Numbered from the whole stretch's first letter, positions 24,094 through 38,463 are shown. The stretch is DNA of 63,402 nt, filler included, from Reticulomyxa filosa (GCA_000512085.1; 19 parts of 19 records of this genome joined end to end with filler, not necessarily neighbours in it); one strand, 5' to 3'. Program-made: numbers and translations. Notes: a model not told the origin generated them from the sequence alone.

Positions 24094-25509
24094 ATGGAAC
24101 TGGAACTGGGAACATTATCAGAACAGAATTGCGTGCAACTATTAGATTCTTAACAGTGTACGAGAGATTGAGAGTACTAACTCTTGTAAACAATCGTTTC
24201 AACATGCTCGTGTTACAACCCTCATCTTTTCTTGACATGTCTTTTTTTCCGGTTGGTGAAGATAATGTCTATAATCCGAAAGTATTATCCGTCTCAGAGA
24301 CAGCTGGGATAACTTACGTCGAAGTTAACGTAAAATCATCTCACCCTTTTGTTCAAAAAGTGGCATTGCTGGCAGGAATGTGGAACTTTCGCGCAGAGCT
24401 GTGGAATCGATTACATTGGCCAACAAAACAATGTATTGAATCCTTGCAGCTGACATTGGATGGATTGTCGCCATTCGATACAATTCAATTGGATAAATAC
24501 GCTCCAACTCCGAATTCAGACATCGCTCAAACGTCTTCAGTATTGCAATCCTTAATTACATCAACTCTACGTACTCCCAAGTCTACTTCATCCTCCAAAC
24601 CTCTCAATAATTTATTAGATGATCCATATCAATCTCTTTACTCATGCAAAGAATACACTATGAAGAATTTGTTTTTCATTCGGTTTGACAATGACACTTT
24701 TGGTCCAACTGTTTAGATTTACTCCATTTTTGACAAAAGTCCCACGAAGCAAAGAGAGAATAAGAAAGGAGTAAAATAATAATCATATTACAAAAAAAAT
24801 GTGTATTTTTTAATTTTAGGTACAATTTCCAAAGATGTTACATGGGCTTGGCTTACAAGGATTTGGAAAATTGGCGTTCAATGCAAATTGGTGGATTCAA
24901 CAAGTACAAATTGAAAAAAAATTTGGAGAATTACGTTTTTTGGTGTTGGCACAATGTGATTTTGCTGAAAATCAATTGCAAACTTTAATTCAAAATACAA
25001 CAAAGTTGGAACACCTTTCATTGAGGTACGTACGCTGGGATGGAGTCTTGGCAATGCCAGAACCATTACTATCGCTGGGATACTTCCCGGATACAAATGC
25101 CTCCAATGACATACTGGATTTTCGGGTATGCAAACGATTGCATCAAATTCAAACACGATTGAATGAAAATTGCAATCGTGCAATTGCTTTTTTGAACCAA
25201 GTACGACATTTGACAAGCGTTTTTTGTGTTGCGTTTGAGAACATTCGACAACATCAAAAGTGGCTTTCAGAAGTCGAGTTGAGTACGCTAGAAACATGGG
25301 ATGGAAACAACACCAACCATAAAAATTTCAAGGTCATCATTAATCCTGACGATTTGATTCTAAATCCTATCATCATACGAATATTTCCCATCCGTATTGA
25401 AAGGTTTTTCCCTCGTGACTCATTCGATTTTTTGGATTGTCCCTTTTGGTCAAAAGAAGCTATTGAATTTATTCAAATGACAAAGCACCGTAAACTTTTG
25501 CTAAGATAA
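24094..25509 (+). CDS. F-box/LRR-like protein (2 exons)
   Basis: F-box-like ELRATIRFLTVYERLRVLTLVNNRFNMLV and LRR-like LRFLVL/LEHLSL. Intron at ~24711-24819. The ATG at 24094 is one base out of frame. Confidence 0.6.
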
Positions 25510-27456
25510 ATTAGTTATTAACAAGTGTTTTCAGAAAAGAATTCATTTATGTTACTTTTTCTTTTGCTTGATTACTTCAATTTTTATTTAAGTTTTTACA
25601 TAATCATTCAATTTGTAAATTAATTCAATAGCAACATTGTGGGGTGTCTACTGTAGAGTATAATAGGGGCTTGCCCTACAACATGATGCTCATTATAACA
25701 TTTATTATTTTCGCATTTAAATTGCGAAGTAGTAAATGACAGTTGATCAACTTTTTTTCGTACTATCATTTTTGATTAGGTGAATATATAGAACGTGTAT
25801 AAAGACAAAAAAGAAAAAATAAATTTTTAAACAAATCACAACACTCATAAACTACAATCATTGAGGCTAACGAGATAATATGAAATTTACATCAATAAGA
25901 AATAAAATTTTATTATTTTTTAAAAAGATAAGTGTGCAATTAATGACATATTTTTTTGTTTGAATAGAAATAATGAGTTTAAATTAATTTTAAAAAACAA
26001 CAATATGCTTTGTATTAAATAAAAAAAGCTAACTATTGTGCCATTTCGAATATACATCATGCAAATTACTTATACAAAGAAAAATCTCTGATTGATCTAC
26101 AATACACAAATCAATGAAATCTTTTAAACAGATTCGTTGGACAAATTAAAGTCTAAAGTGTTCTGAAATTTGTAAAATTTGAAGCTTATCACTTGCATTA
26201 GCTGCACAATTCCAACTGGTCACATTGAAAAAATGGATATCACACCGAAAAGGGATGTCTTGTTAGATATATTGTAACGAGATTTGAGTTAATAAAGACA
26301 ATGGGATCCTGAACAAAATTTTTTTTGTTCGGACATATTACAATGAACGATCGATCAGTCTTGGTTTTTTTGTGCTTGAACTATATATTGCGAATTTTCC
26401 TTGTTATCTTATATGCAAATTGATTCATCAATATATAATTCGGAAAATTTTATTGCGTAAATATCAAATCCACAAAAAAAACATTTACATAAACATCAAA
26501 TTCATGTTTAGTTTCCTTCTAAAATTACATTTTCAACTGCTATCAAATCTAAAATGATCCTCAATTAAAAAATGGCCCACAATTTAAAAGAACTAACACA
26601 TAATAACATTGTTTGTCGGCTTCTTGTGATTAATAGAAAAGATGCAGTACATGCTTTACAATTGGCTTGATTTGTGTTTTTTTTAACTTAGAAACACATT
26701 GCAAATGTGAAATGATTTTAAATAAGCGTAATGAGGAGTAACAAGTAAATAGTCATCAAAACGGATATTACCGTATTGCAACATTTATAATAATAATCTT
26801 TTAAACCAAAAGATTGAGAGATTTGAAGACTTCCAAATAAGTACAGTCAACACACCATTAACATATGTTGTAATGCTTGCTATAAGTCGAAATAGTGACC
26901 TCTCACTTCTTTTGTTTTATTATCATGCTTCTACGTCACCGACTCCAAAGTATTTGGAGTCCAATGTAACTTGTATTTGCATAATTGCCCAAAGCGTAAA
27001 TAGTTAATCATTCACCATGATGAAGATTCTAGAAACATGATCTTGAATAAATTATTCCGCCAACAGTTTAGAGCGTTTTTTATTTTTATCGTTACATTTA
27101 GTTTAATGAAATTACTTTTTTTGTGCTTCACATTTTTTGAGTATATTTGTTTTCAGTGATGTATAAACATAATAGCTACTTAGAAAAGTTACAATTTGGT
27201 GCATATATATTTCTTTTTTTTGTATTTTACTCGTATCAAGAATCTACTAAGCTCAATTGAAAATGAATTTGTGCTTTCAACGTAGTCTCTTTGAAAATTT
27301 GAACAAAACGTATGTACCAAATAATGTATAGAGGGGTTTAGCAGTCTTTTCAATATCAAACACACACCCGCAAAAGTTGCCAAAACTGCAAACAATTTCG
27401 TGAAATCTTTTTTTTGAAAAAAAAAAGAAAAATATTACAAACTGGTCGAATAAATG

Positions 27457-28859
27457 TTATTTATTTTGTGCTTTCTTTTGTCTTAAAAGATTGTGATTTC
27501 TTTTCAAAGCTTTTTCCAGCGTATCTTTGTGTTGTTGGAATCGAAATCCATCAAAAACAAACTTGATCAAAGTTTCATTGGCCATGATGGCATTACAAAG
27601 TTCCTCCAAGACGGGAGTGGAAATAGTTTTTTTATTACTGTAGAACTTCATGACAGTGATTTGTTTATCATTTCTAATGAAAGTGGCCAGCCTTTGCATG
27701 CCGGTGTCTCCAATGCTATTGTTTTCAAACCACACTTCGGTGACAGATGTTTGGTTTTGGGCCAAAGTGTCCAAGATTTTGATAAAAAACAAGTCATCGA
27801 CATTGGCATTGCACATTTGCACAACCTTTAAATCTTTGTTATTGACAATGCCATTGCAAATGAGTGTCTCCATATTTTCTTTTTCGGTCTGACTCATTTT
27901 GTTCATTATGGCACTATTGTTCATATTCAACACCTCTAATTTTTCAGGGACATTTGCATTTGGACTTGCATTTGTATTTGCATTTGCATTTGCATTGGGT
28001 ATGTTACCATCGGTTTGAGGTGTGGCATTGCCCCGTTCAGGTTTTTTTTCGGCAGGTTGGAAAATGTTCATCGAAGTCATGATCTCTTGCGCCTTGTGTC
28101 CGTCCACGTCGCCTTCCTTTAACGCCGCCTTCAAACTGAAGCCACTTTCAGTCTCCTTCACCGAATCGATGGCAGATGCACCTTCCTTGTGCTTCTTCAA
28201 TCTTTGCTCAAACAGACCCGCCACGCTGGCCTTGTCGCTGCTCATTTCCACCTTCTGAAACCCTCGCTCGCGTTTCAGCTCTGCCATCTTCTTTTCTTGG
28301 CTCTCGTCGACTGCCGATATGCTCTGCTTGAATGCCGCCATCCTCTCGCTCACTGACATCCCTGTCGTTGGCTCTTCCGTCTTTATCTTCTCGTCTGTCC
28401 CTATCTTTTCTTCCTTCTCTTTCTTCTCTTCCTTCTCTTCTTGCTTTTCCACTCGCTTTGGAGTTTTCTTCTCTTCCACTTTTGGTGAAACGTCTTTGTT
28501 ATTATTATTATTATTCTTGTTCAACATTTCATCCAACATTTTCAATGATTGCTTTCGTTCCAATCTTTGCGGCTCACGCGACAATGATACGTCATTTTTT
28601 GGCTCACTTTTTTGTGCCTTTGGCGCCTTACCCTTCTTCTCCGATGACGCTTTCTCGCTCTTTCCACCCTTCTCTGTCGTTAGTCGACTTTCTATTTGCC
28701 GGAGGTCCCGCTTTGTGTATCCGTGCCCTTCCAGCGCCGCACTCAATAAACATATAAACTGCCGAAGTCTTCCAATTCAAGTGATGTGGAACGAATCAGC
28801 TTTATCTTTGACTCCTCCAATCGAAGACAATTGGGACACTCCATTACATTTGCTGTCAT
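27457..28859 (-). CDS. Tropomodulin/leiomodin-like LRR protein with charged N-terminus
   Basis: C-terminal Tmod-type LRR cap: NQTSVTEVWFENNSIGDTG, IMANETLIKF, LKRNHNLLRQKK. The ATG at 28859 connects through a one-base shift near 28779. Confidence 0.75.
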
Positions 28860-29446
28860 TGCGCTTGATCCCCTTTTAATTTTTGATTTTTTTTTCACTT
28901 CACTAACCCAAACAGCCTTTTTTTTGTTTTGACTTACTTTTCTTTGCAACCCAGAGTTAAATTTGACAAATAGTTTATTTAAAACAGTTACTTAAAACAA
29001 AAATTTTATTTTGATAGCTGTTCTGCGAAAGATCAAGTTACTTCCTCTAATTTCAATGATAAAAAAAAAACAAATGAGTGTGTTTAACTTTTTTTCCATC
29101 TGCTCAATAAGTTATTTATTCAATACGGATATACCAAGAATAGTATCAATGAAACACAAGATTGGTTTTTTCAAGACAAAATATATTAAACTCCACGAGA
29201 CACAAAAGCTAGTGGATCATTTTTTGAAACGGATCGTCAAAATGCAGTATTCTTTTTAAAAAATAGCCAGCAACGCAAACACTACAACGAAAGTTGAACC
29301 CAAAATACTCCAAAGTCCAAATATGTTTTCGGGGATCGTACAACTCAACGGCTAGAAGAAACCGACAAAGCTCACTGAAAACTTGGGAAAGGTAGCGAGA
29401 GCGTTGGCTCGCTGTGTGTTTTGGTGTAAACAGAACGCATATACAA

Positions 29447-31154
29447 ATGTTGCAAGAACCTTCTCAAATGAAGCTTACTGATGTTCCTCGTGGAACGAGT
29501 GTTTCAAGTCTTTCGACAAGTTTTATTGAAGAGGTCGGAGGTCGTAGACCCAGTGCAATTATTCGACCGGAAGAAACAGAAAATAACACTTTTTCTACGA
29601 AAATCGTTGAGTATTTTGAAAGGAAGGAGGCATTAAAAAAGACGATTTCAGAATTTATTATTATTATTTTTTTTTAAAAAAGAGAATGATATAAAAGTGG
29701 TATACGAAAACAACAACAGAAAGACGAAGAACTAGACGCACTATACGCAGAAGCGGTAACACTGCGTAAGAACGGCGAGTATGAGAAATCGCTGCAACTG
29801 TTCGAGCAATTGTCGCAGTATTGCGGTGGTAAAATGGCGGCCTATCACAATCAATTTGGAATATTGTTACAACACTTGGCAATGAAGTGTGCAGCATCAT
29901 TGCCAACGAGCACAAATCCGAATAAAAAGCAGCAACAACAACGAGAAAAGGACGTATTTCTTGGAAGAGCCGAGCAGCAATTTCAAGTCTGTTTACACAT
30001 ATAAACATATACAAATATATGTTTATATACATATGTACGTATATAATATAAATGCTGATGTACATATGTGAGAGGGTATTTGATATGCATATGCATATGA
30101 ATGGATTGTAATGAAAAATGATAGAAAGCGATAAGTATCGAGCCAATGAATTACATATACTTGGCAAATTACGCAGATTTGTTGCGAGTGATGAACCGCC
30201 CTCAATACGCGGCGGACTATTATCAAAAAGCGCTGCAATTGAATCCGTCGCATCCAATCACCAATAACAACTATGCGTACTTGCTGCATATGTATCTGAA
30301 GCAACACGCCAAGGCATGTGAATACTATAAGAAATGTCTGGAGTTCAACGACCATGATGTCATCGTCGCGACCAACTATGCCTTGTGTTTGAAAGAGCTC
30401 AAGGAATATGATCAAGCTCTTATTATTCTCAGTTGTTGTTGTTGTCCTATCTTTCTTATTTGTATCGAACACAAAGCAAACATTGCGTTACGTAACACGA
30501 ATATAAAACATAATTAGAACAGTTCACAGACGAACCCATGGCCAAACAGCTGCAACAAGACATCATCAATGCCAAAATCAAAGCGATGGAATCTTCACAA
30601 AGCAAAAGTAACGTGAACAATGAAAGCAATGCATTTGAGAATATTCCAAATCGAACACATCGAATAGAAAATGTTCCAGAGCTGTCGAAAGAATCGGTAA
30701 AGCAGTTTGGAATGCCTTCCAAGAGCAATGGTCCGATGATTGGAGGACCCTTGACTTCCACATATCCAAACATGAATATGAACACGAATATGAATATGAA
30801 TATGAATACGAATATGAATACGAATATGAATATGAATATGCATATGAGGACCATTAATGGAAATATAAACGGAAATATAAATGGAGGAATGAATCGAGGG
30901 AGAATCCAACGAGGCATGGAAAATGACCTTGTTCGAGGGACTGTTGAAACAAATGAATACATGCCTGGATTTGGACAGCCTGTTTCAATGCCAATTGGAT
31001 ATGGAAAAGACCAAATGATGGGAGGTCCTAGAGGAGGTATATATAAATATATGTATAGATATGTAATGCACCTTTACAGAATTGTGCACTGCAAACATAC
31101 AGGAAATATGGGCTTCCACTACAATCAACAGCAACAGCAACAGCAACAGCAACA
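29447..31154 (+). CDS. TPR protein with N/M/G/Q-rich low-complexity tail, multi-exon, partial
   Basis: TPRs ADYYQKALQLNPSHPITNNNYAYLL and EYYKKCLEFND, then an (MN/TN)n tract and polyQ. Confidence 0.8.
30771..30845 (+). repeat. 6-bp coding microsatellite (atgaat/acgaat)n
   Basis: Encodes MNMNTNMNMNMNTNMNTNMNMNM. Confidence 0.85.
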
Positions 31155-31284
31155 NNNNNNNNNNNNNNNNNNNNNNNNNNNNNNNNNNNNNNNNNNNNTT
31201 AATTAATTAANNNNNNNNNNNNNNNNNNNNNNNNNNNNNNNNNNNNNNNNNNNNAAAAAAAATAAGTGAATGAATTAAAATTTT

Positions 31285-32558
31285 TTATAGTGTGTCATCA
31301 TCAATATCATCCTCATTATTTTCATTATCATCACTATATTCATTATCTTCATCTTTTTCTTTTCTTTTTTTACCTAAAAATAATAATTCATGTGTGCTAG
31401 TTCTTAAAGTATCTCTTGCATCTCCTACTACATCTTGCATATTTGCCACATCAAACATAATATGATGTGGTGGTGCCAATTGAGAATAATGATATTGTTG
31501 AAAATGATGAATTTGAAAAGCAAATAAATGTGCAACAGATGCAAAAAACATTTCAATGCAGATAATGAAATCTTGTAAACCAACTGCAATACTATTTTCA
31601 TCCCATTTTTCTGTTCTTTTTAATAATCCTAACCAAACTAAACCTGCAATAAGCACTGATTGCCAATATGTAAAAAATACAATACCCTTTACACATAAAA
31701 ATTTATTTACTGGTTTTAATTTCATAAATATTTGATATCCTTCACTGTCATGTGATTGTTTTTTAAGTGCCACATAAAATAATGCTAAACAATATATTGC
31801 CCATGTTTGTGACATTGAACGTAAACATGTTATATAAGGATAACCAACATTATACTCAAATACTCCTTCTTCATATATATTATATTTTTGCATTATAAAT
31901 GTAGATATTGCACAAATGGGTTGAATAAAGCAATATTGTAAGATACCTATAAATAAATATTTTATTTTTTTTATTGTTTTATTTTTTATTATTTTTTATT
32001 TTTTTATTACATTTATCCTTACCTAAACTACAATTATTTAAAAATGTTCCTCTATCAGATGATAATACTTGATTACTTATATTCACATTTAAACTACTAA
32101 ATGTCCATGGTTTACAAATATAATTCATTGGCCAAAAATGCTCTTGTGTATTTACTGTTATATTTTCTAAATATAACTGTACTTGTTCATATCCCCCCAA
32201 TGGTTGAATTAACAACTGATAAAAACTATATATCACCAATGCTTCATATGTGTCTCTTATTGCATCTAAATATAAGGCCAGCTTTGGTATAAATAATCCA
32301 ATCCATGCTTCCACACTATACACGATTACCATCAATAATATTCTTATTATATATCTATTTTATTATTTATTATGTTTTTGTATCATCAATCAATTTTAAT
32401 CTTCATCATTTTTTTCTTAACCTTCGTGTTTGAGGTTGATGATTATGATAAATGTGATGATGAATTTGCAAACTGCAAAGTATTGTTGCTGCCAGAGCAA
32501 ACAAAAAAGCCACACCATCTGCCCAAATATGATACTCAATTCCCAAAAATGACGGCAT
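31285..32558 (-). CDS. TMEM184/organic solute transporter alpha family protein (3 exons)
   Basis: Motifs YIIRILLMV, RDTYEALVIYSF, GILQY, KFLCVKGIVFFTYWQS and LQDFIICIEM. GT-AG introns at ~32421-32355 and 32022-31947. Confidence 0.93.
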
Positions 32559-32930
32559 TTTCTTTTGTTGATTATATTCACAAATTTAACAAAGGGTTTT
32601 TTTGTTTTTGGTTTTTGGGTTGTCCCTCGTTTTCGGAGTAGTTTTTTAAAACAATCCGGCCTAAGAGTTGCATCGTCTTCAACAAAAATGCAAAAATTTT
32701 ATGTAAGGAATATTTCGATCTTTAATTGCTATCGAACAAACTTTATACTGCTACAACTTGTCGTGCAGCAGAAGGTCAGGATCAAGAAATTTTTGGATTG
32801 TAGATATCATTAAATAAAAATTGAAAATATTTTTTTAAAGTATGTGTTTGTTGAATTAAATTTTCAGAGAATAGCACTTCGCTATGCTTGTGTGAAACGA
32901 CCCCGTTCAAAGTCAACAGAATGAAAAAGC

Positions 32931-33720
32931 TCAAAAAGTATAATGTCTTAAGTTGAGTTGTTCTGCAATTTTTTTGGACAATTGTCTTGTAAACTTGTCT
33001 TTGCTCATGCCCAAGGGAAATATTGCTTCCAATGGCTCCAACTTGTTTTTGAAAATCCATCCGGTTGGTTTTAAACGGTCTTCGGCGTACAACAAATCAT
33101 TCCGAAGAAAGCTCGGAATTAGGTCCATGTTAATTTCTTCTGTCGATACATTTTTGTGAAAAGGAGGCTCAATAATGCCTACTCTTTGTTCGTCATAAAC
33201 TCGTACAAAAATGGATTGTTTGTCCATTATTTGAAGGAGTTTGTTCTTGTCTTTTCGATTTGCCGGTGCATTGTTTTTTAAAAACTGGATGACATACAAA
33301 TTGCATGCTTTTTTTCATAAACAAAAAACAACGACGCACAAACAAGCAAACAAAAAAACCTGGTGAATGTCATTTGCTTTTATTAATTCATCTAAAACTT
33401 TAGTTGTCAATGCTCCTTGAAAAATAGCATTTTGAAAGCACCCACTTTTGACATACTCATCTAATTCAAAGATTGGAAAAAAGGAGTATCCATAAGGCTC
33501 TATTTTTACTTCGTCAATTTCTGGCTCCGGCAAATCAGTGTTAATATCAAACTTAACTTTTCGAATGTCACAAATCAGCACAGAATTGATATTATACGTC
33601 ACATCCCGAAATACATGGAGTGTGTCAAAGTTCCATCTTGGAGATTTTTTTAATGAACCCCAATCCCATTGATATGTGAACTCAACGTATTCGGTCAACT
33701 TAAAATCCTGTTGCACATCG
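32931..33720 (-). CDS. Hypothetical protein, 3' exons (possible C2-like beta domain)
   Basis: Two ORFs joined by an intron at ~33300-33360. Motif YGYSFFPIF..YVKSG.FQ. Confidence 0.5.
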
Positions 33721-34051
33721 CAAATGATTTTGTGTCACACACACACACACACACNNNNNNNNNNNNNNNNNNNNNNNNNNNNNNNNNNNNNNNNNNNNTT
33801 AATTAATTAANNNNNNNNNNNNNNNNNNNNNNNNNNNNNNNNNNNNNNNNNNNNAAAAAAAAAAAAGAAAATTTTCTACCAGTTTTTTTGATATAAAATG
33901 AAGAAAAAAAAGAGGCTAAGGAGCAATCGACTTTGAAATTGCTGTATCTGTTGTTTTTTTTTACATTATATGTTCGTCATCTTATCTGCTGACATCTTTT
34001 CCGTCTATGAAAAGAGAGAAAAAAAGGAATTTTTCAAAATGATATGGTAGA

Positions 34052-34294
34052 TCAAGAGTATTTTATCAAAGACACACCAGGTGTTTGTAGAGACAATTGC
34101 TGCATTTGTCTCACTAAATCACTGTTATTGGTAATTTCAGGTCCATTATTTCCATGGCTGTTGTTGATGTTGACGTTGGTGTTAATATTATTGATGTTGT
34201 TATGTACATTTGTATTTGCTGCGTTATTGCTGACATTTGCATTATTGGAGTTATAATTGTTGCCATTACTATTGCCATTGTTATTGTTATTATG

Positions 34295-34348
<54 letters not shown>

Positions 34349-35658
34349 GTTATTATTGTTGTTATCGTTGTTGAAGTGATGAGATGGATTTTGATAATCG
34401 AGTTTCAGATTGGGATAATTGTGATTGAAATGATGTCCATATTGTGGCCAGTCTCTTTTTTTGTTTTGTAGAGGAGAAGTTCCTTCACTTTCACTGACAT
34501 GTACGGCTGCGCTTGTGCCGTGAGCATGACCATGGTAATGAGTATAATTGCGATGGCTATTTGCATGAACGTGATCTTCGACATTGACATTGACATTGAC
34601 ATTGACATTGACATTGGCATTGGCAGGACCATATTTGAAAAGATACCAATGTTTGGGATTGTTGTTATGGCCATTGTGAAAGCGGGAGTGAGCACCACCA
34701 CGAAAAGCGTGACGAGCGTGCGGTTTCGAATTGGCATTGTACTGATGGCCGCCACCGACAAAGTGGTTATGTCCCATCCCTCGTGGATGACGATCAAGAC
34801 ACACATTGATGAGATTGTCCAACAACTGTTGTCGATGAAACTTGTGAACAAGCAAACAAGCAAAAAAAAAAAAAAAAAAAGGGTATTTATCAAACGATTA
34901 GTAAACCCTCCTTTCTTGTTCAAACCAGATAAAGTTTAGCGTTAAAAGTTTATTTTGTATACGTATCTAGTGTGCATGCATATATGTATAAAAAAATGGA
35001 ACATTTCAAACTTTTTGAATGCAAATATGTGCATAATTGGCGTTCAAAAAGGACACAAAAGCCTTTTCTTGTTTCACAACCAACGAAGTGATATACTCGT
35101 GCAACGAGTGCTCTCCCAACAAATTGCGCAAGCCGTCGTCGGTAATGTGCTTCGGCAAGTTGTAAAAAACCACACTGTGATTCACAGCCCCTGACTCCCC
35201 TTGATATGCACATATCAACTTGCGATGATTTGGATTCATGTTTTCCGACGAGTATTTCCGACCAAACTTTCGATGTGGGAATTTACACTTGGGGTTGTCA
35301 CATATCCCTTTCGTCAAGTATTCACAGCACACTTTTTTATGAATGAACTTACAATCCTTGTTTGTACACCCTGATTTCCAATTGTAATATTTGCACACTG
35401 GAATCAAATTTGGATCTCTTTGCACAACACATGTGAGATGTACAAGAAGAAACAGAGTGCCAAACAAGGAAAGGGTACCAACCGCGGGAGAGGGGGGGGG
35501 GAAAAAAAAACTCCTTCAAACCTTGGCGGGAGATTAGGTGTCTGCGGAGAACGCGACGACGTAACATTTCCTTCAACTAAGATTGGGACTGCGGTTTGGA
35601 GGCTCGGATTCACAATTACAAACGGCTGTGGCTGGATCAAATGGGAGAGTGTTGACAT
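34052..35658 (-). CDS. CCCH zinc finger plus RRM protein with Asn/His-rich tail
   Basis: CKYYNWKSGCTNKDCKFIH and CEYLTKGICDNPKCKFPH fingers, RRM (VVFYNLP, KAFVSF), (NV)n and poly-Asn tracts. Two introns. Confidence 0.85.
34275..34372. repeat. (AAT)n microsatellite encoding poly-Asn
   Basis: Long tta/att run. Confidence 0.9.
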
Positions 35659-36095
35659 TTCACGCTTCTAACGTTGAGTTAAAAAGCTCCGCTAATATTG
35701 ATGTATTTTTTTTTTCTTTTTGGTTTTGACCTTTTCAAAAGTCTTTTGCGACCACCTTCATCCCTTTCTTTTGTTAATGTATGGAAACGTTTTAAAAGCC
35801 TTGGCTTTTTAGAGTTGATTTCATTTCAATAGCGATGATGAATTGGAATTTGGAGCGTGCTCATTACTAGTTTTATAAACCTTCCTTCGGCACGTTTTTA
35901 TTGAAGCTTTCCTGCAAAGGAACAAAAGCATTTTCTTTGTCTACAACAGCCTTTAAAATTACATTCGTACGTAAGATAAACCACTTTTGCTTTTGAAATT
36001 ATGTTGACAACATTACGTTGGAGTAGTACAAGTTTTGCCGGAGACTTACCGGCAAGGGGAGGACAGTATTTGAAAAAAAAAAGGTGGAGAGTGAA

Positions 36096-37028
36096 ATGAC
36101 AGATTCGCAACGGGTTCCTCGTGTGGATGATGTAGTATTGATTGATAATCGGGTAGGGGTGGTAAGATATGTTGGCCCATTACACAACGACAAAAGTACG
36201 AATTACGGGATAGAAGTCAAAGGTCAGCCATTGCAAGATGGTAATGATGGCATGTTGGATGACATGCGATACTTTCAGACTGCGAATGGTCAAGGAAAGT
36301 TCACGAAACAAGTTCAAAGGTAATTTCTTTTTTTTTTTGTTTAAAAAAAAAAAAAAAAAACGTAATAAAAAATAATAAACGTTACACGAATGTCCCCTCC
36401 GCCCCCTCCCTTACCCCCCTTTTTTTTTTCTTTCTAAAAAAAAAAAAAAAAACGGGTAAAATTACGACCGGAAGAATTGTTGGAAAAGGTGGCATTACTA
36501 TACGAGATGGTAAAGCACGGGAATTCGCAAACGGAGATGAAAGAAAAAGCCAGTAGTGAGCAAAAAAAAGAGAATGGTGCGAATGGGTATTTTGTGGACA
36601 AAAGGAGATACGATGAGTTGATAAAAGAGCACGATTTATTGCAGCAAGCATACGACTCGTTGTTGGAGCAGTGTGAGCAATTGGAATTACAAAATGAGAT
36701 ATTGCGAGGGCAATCGGCGTACAAAATCGAAGACATAGCAAAGATGCACGAAAAAGTGAACGCATGGGCGTCGCGATTTGGAATGCGACGTCCCACGCTG
36801 TCCTCTCTGGACGACACAACAATCAATGAAATCCACAGTCTCATACAAACCAAAGAGCAACACAAAACGCATCGCAGTTACCATAGCAGCAGTCACTTGC
36901 CGAACAGTCGAACTGCAAACGAAGAGACTATCAAAAATTTAATTGGCGACTACGAAGCACCGATATTACTGGCTCAAGCCGATAATCCTGCTACTCATGT
37001 CCGTCGCAATTCTCATAGTAAAAGTTAA
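36096..37028 (+). CDS. CAP-Gly domain plus coiled-coil protein (2 exons)
   Basis: GVVRYVGPL..YGIEV..GNDGMLDDMRYF..GKF is a CAP-Gly domain. Intron 36320-36454, then a coiled coil. Confidence 0.88.
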
Positions 37029-38463
37029 AACAAGAAAAAAGGGAGAGATGGAAGTGATACGTGTCACTTTTTTTTCTTTTTTGTTTGTTTGTTTGTTTGT
37101 ATCANNNNNNNNNNNNNNNNNNNNNNNNNNNNNNNNNNNNNNNNNNNNTTAATTAATTAANNNNNNNNNNNNNNNNNNNNNNNNNNNNNNNNNNNNNNNN
37201 NNNNTATTTAAAAAACTACAATATTAGTATATATTTAAAAAAAAATTGGTTTAAATCTTTATTTTTCATGGAGAAAATCGATTCTCTTCATATAGTGCCA
37301 TTTAGGTATTGCAGTTTTTTTGCAATATACTGTATTTTTCTTTTTTAAAAATTATGTCTGAATGTTGTTTTTTCGTGAAGAAAATCAATTATTTTTATAA
37401 AGTGCTATTTTATGTTTCAACTTTATTTTGCATTATACAATAGTACAGTCTTTTCAAAAGATTTAGCTTATATACATTTTGAAAGAAAGTTTTTGCATAT
37501 CTATGTTTTATTATTTCATTTATACAGTATCGATTACATACTATCGCAATGTTTGGAGTAAGTCCTTTTACATAATATTATGTGTTGTATTTTCTAATTT
37601 TTTGTTTAGTATTTATTGCTGAGACTATGCTTTCTTCATGACACGTTTGACTACAATATATGCTTTTTCATTTACTGTGATTTTAGTATGTCATTTGATT
37701 AAGTATATTTCAGGTTATAAATGTACTCAAATGTTGAATAAAATACATTGACATTCTTTAATTTGATTTTCATATTTTCCTAGTCTTGTTTTTATTGAGC
37801 CAATGACAAATTTGCAGTTAATTAATATTATTACTCTTTCTTTTTTGTTTGTATTGAGATTATACATATTTCAATGCGTGTTTCATTCCTTCTGTCTCAC
37901 ACTTGATGTTTGTGACAATTCCATTAATTGAATATTCTATTTCGATCCGTTCTGTAAATGAAAGGTCTTGTAAACCCTTCCAATTCCTACAAATACTGGA
38001 TTTGGAAATGTAATTGTGGATGAGTTATTTTGGCATTTGTTGTCAATTTATAAATGTATTTGTCTGGCACAATATGTTGAATTTCTGCTTCATCTACATG
38101 AATATTTGTATAGTTCATTTAAGTAGTCTTTTGAGATTTATTCAAGGCCGTAAATCAAAAAAGTGAACTTATCGCTATTCAATGGACGAAAATTTTGGTG
38201 CCTACAAATTTAAGATAGTTTTGTTGGTCAATACTCTGCTTAAAATTTTTTTTGAAGCAACCAAAATTATTCTAATCACGTCAATCTCATACACAACCCA
38301 CAGCAAGTTTAGCGTGAGTCGATTTTATAATGAATGTTACAAGCAAGACCCAAAAGGTCTGCAAACACGGAAAAAAAACGTCCGCCACTATATGAAGTAT
38401 TAAAGAAAAAAACAACTACGAGAGACGAACACGACTGAACGGCTGCAAGTAGTTTCGAATGTT

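Noticed and set aside
34154-34939. Hydrophobic poly-Ile/Val ORFs
   Set aside because: They are antisense shadows of Asn-rich repeats. The same applies to 30456-30962 and 28319-28879.
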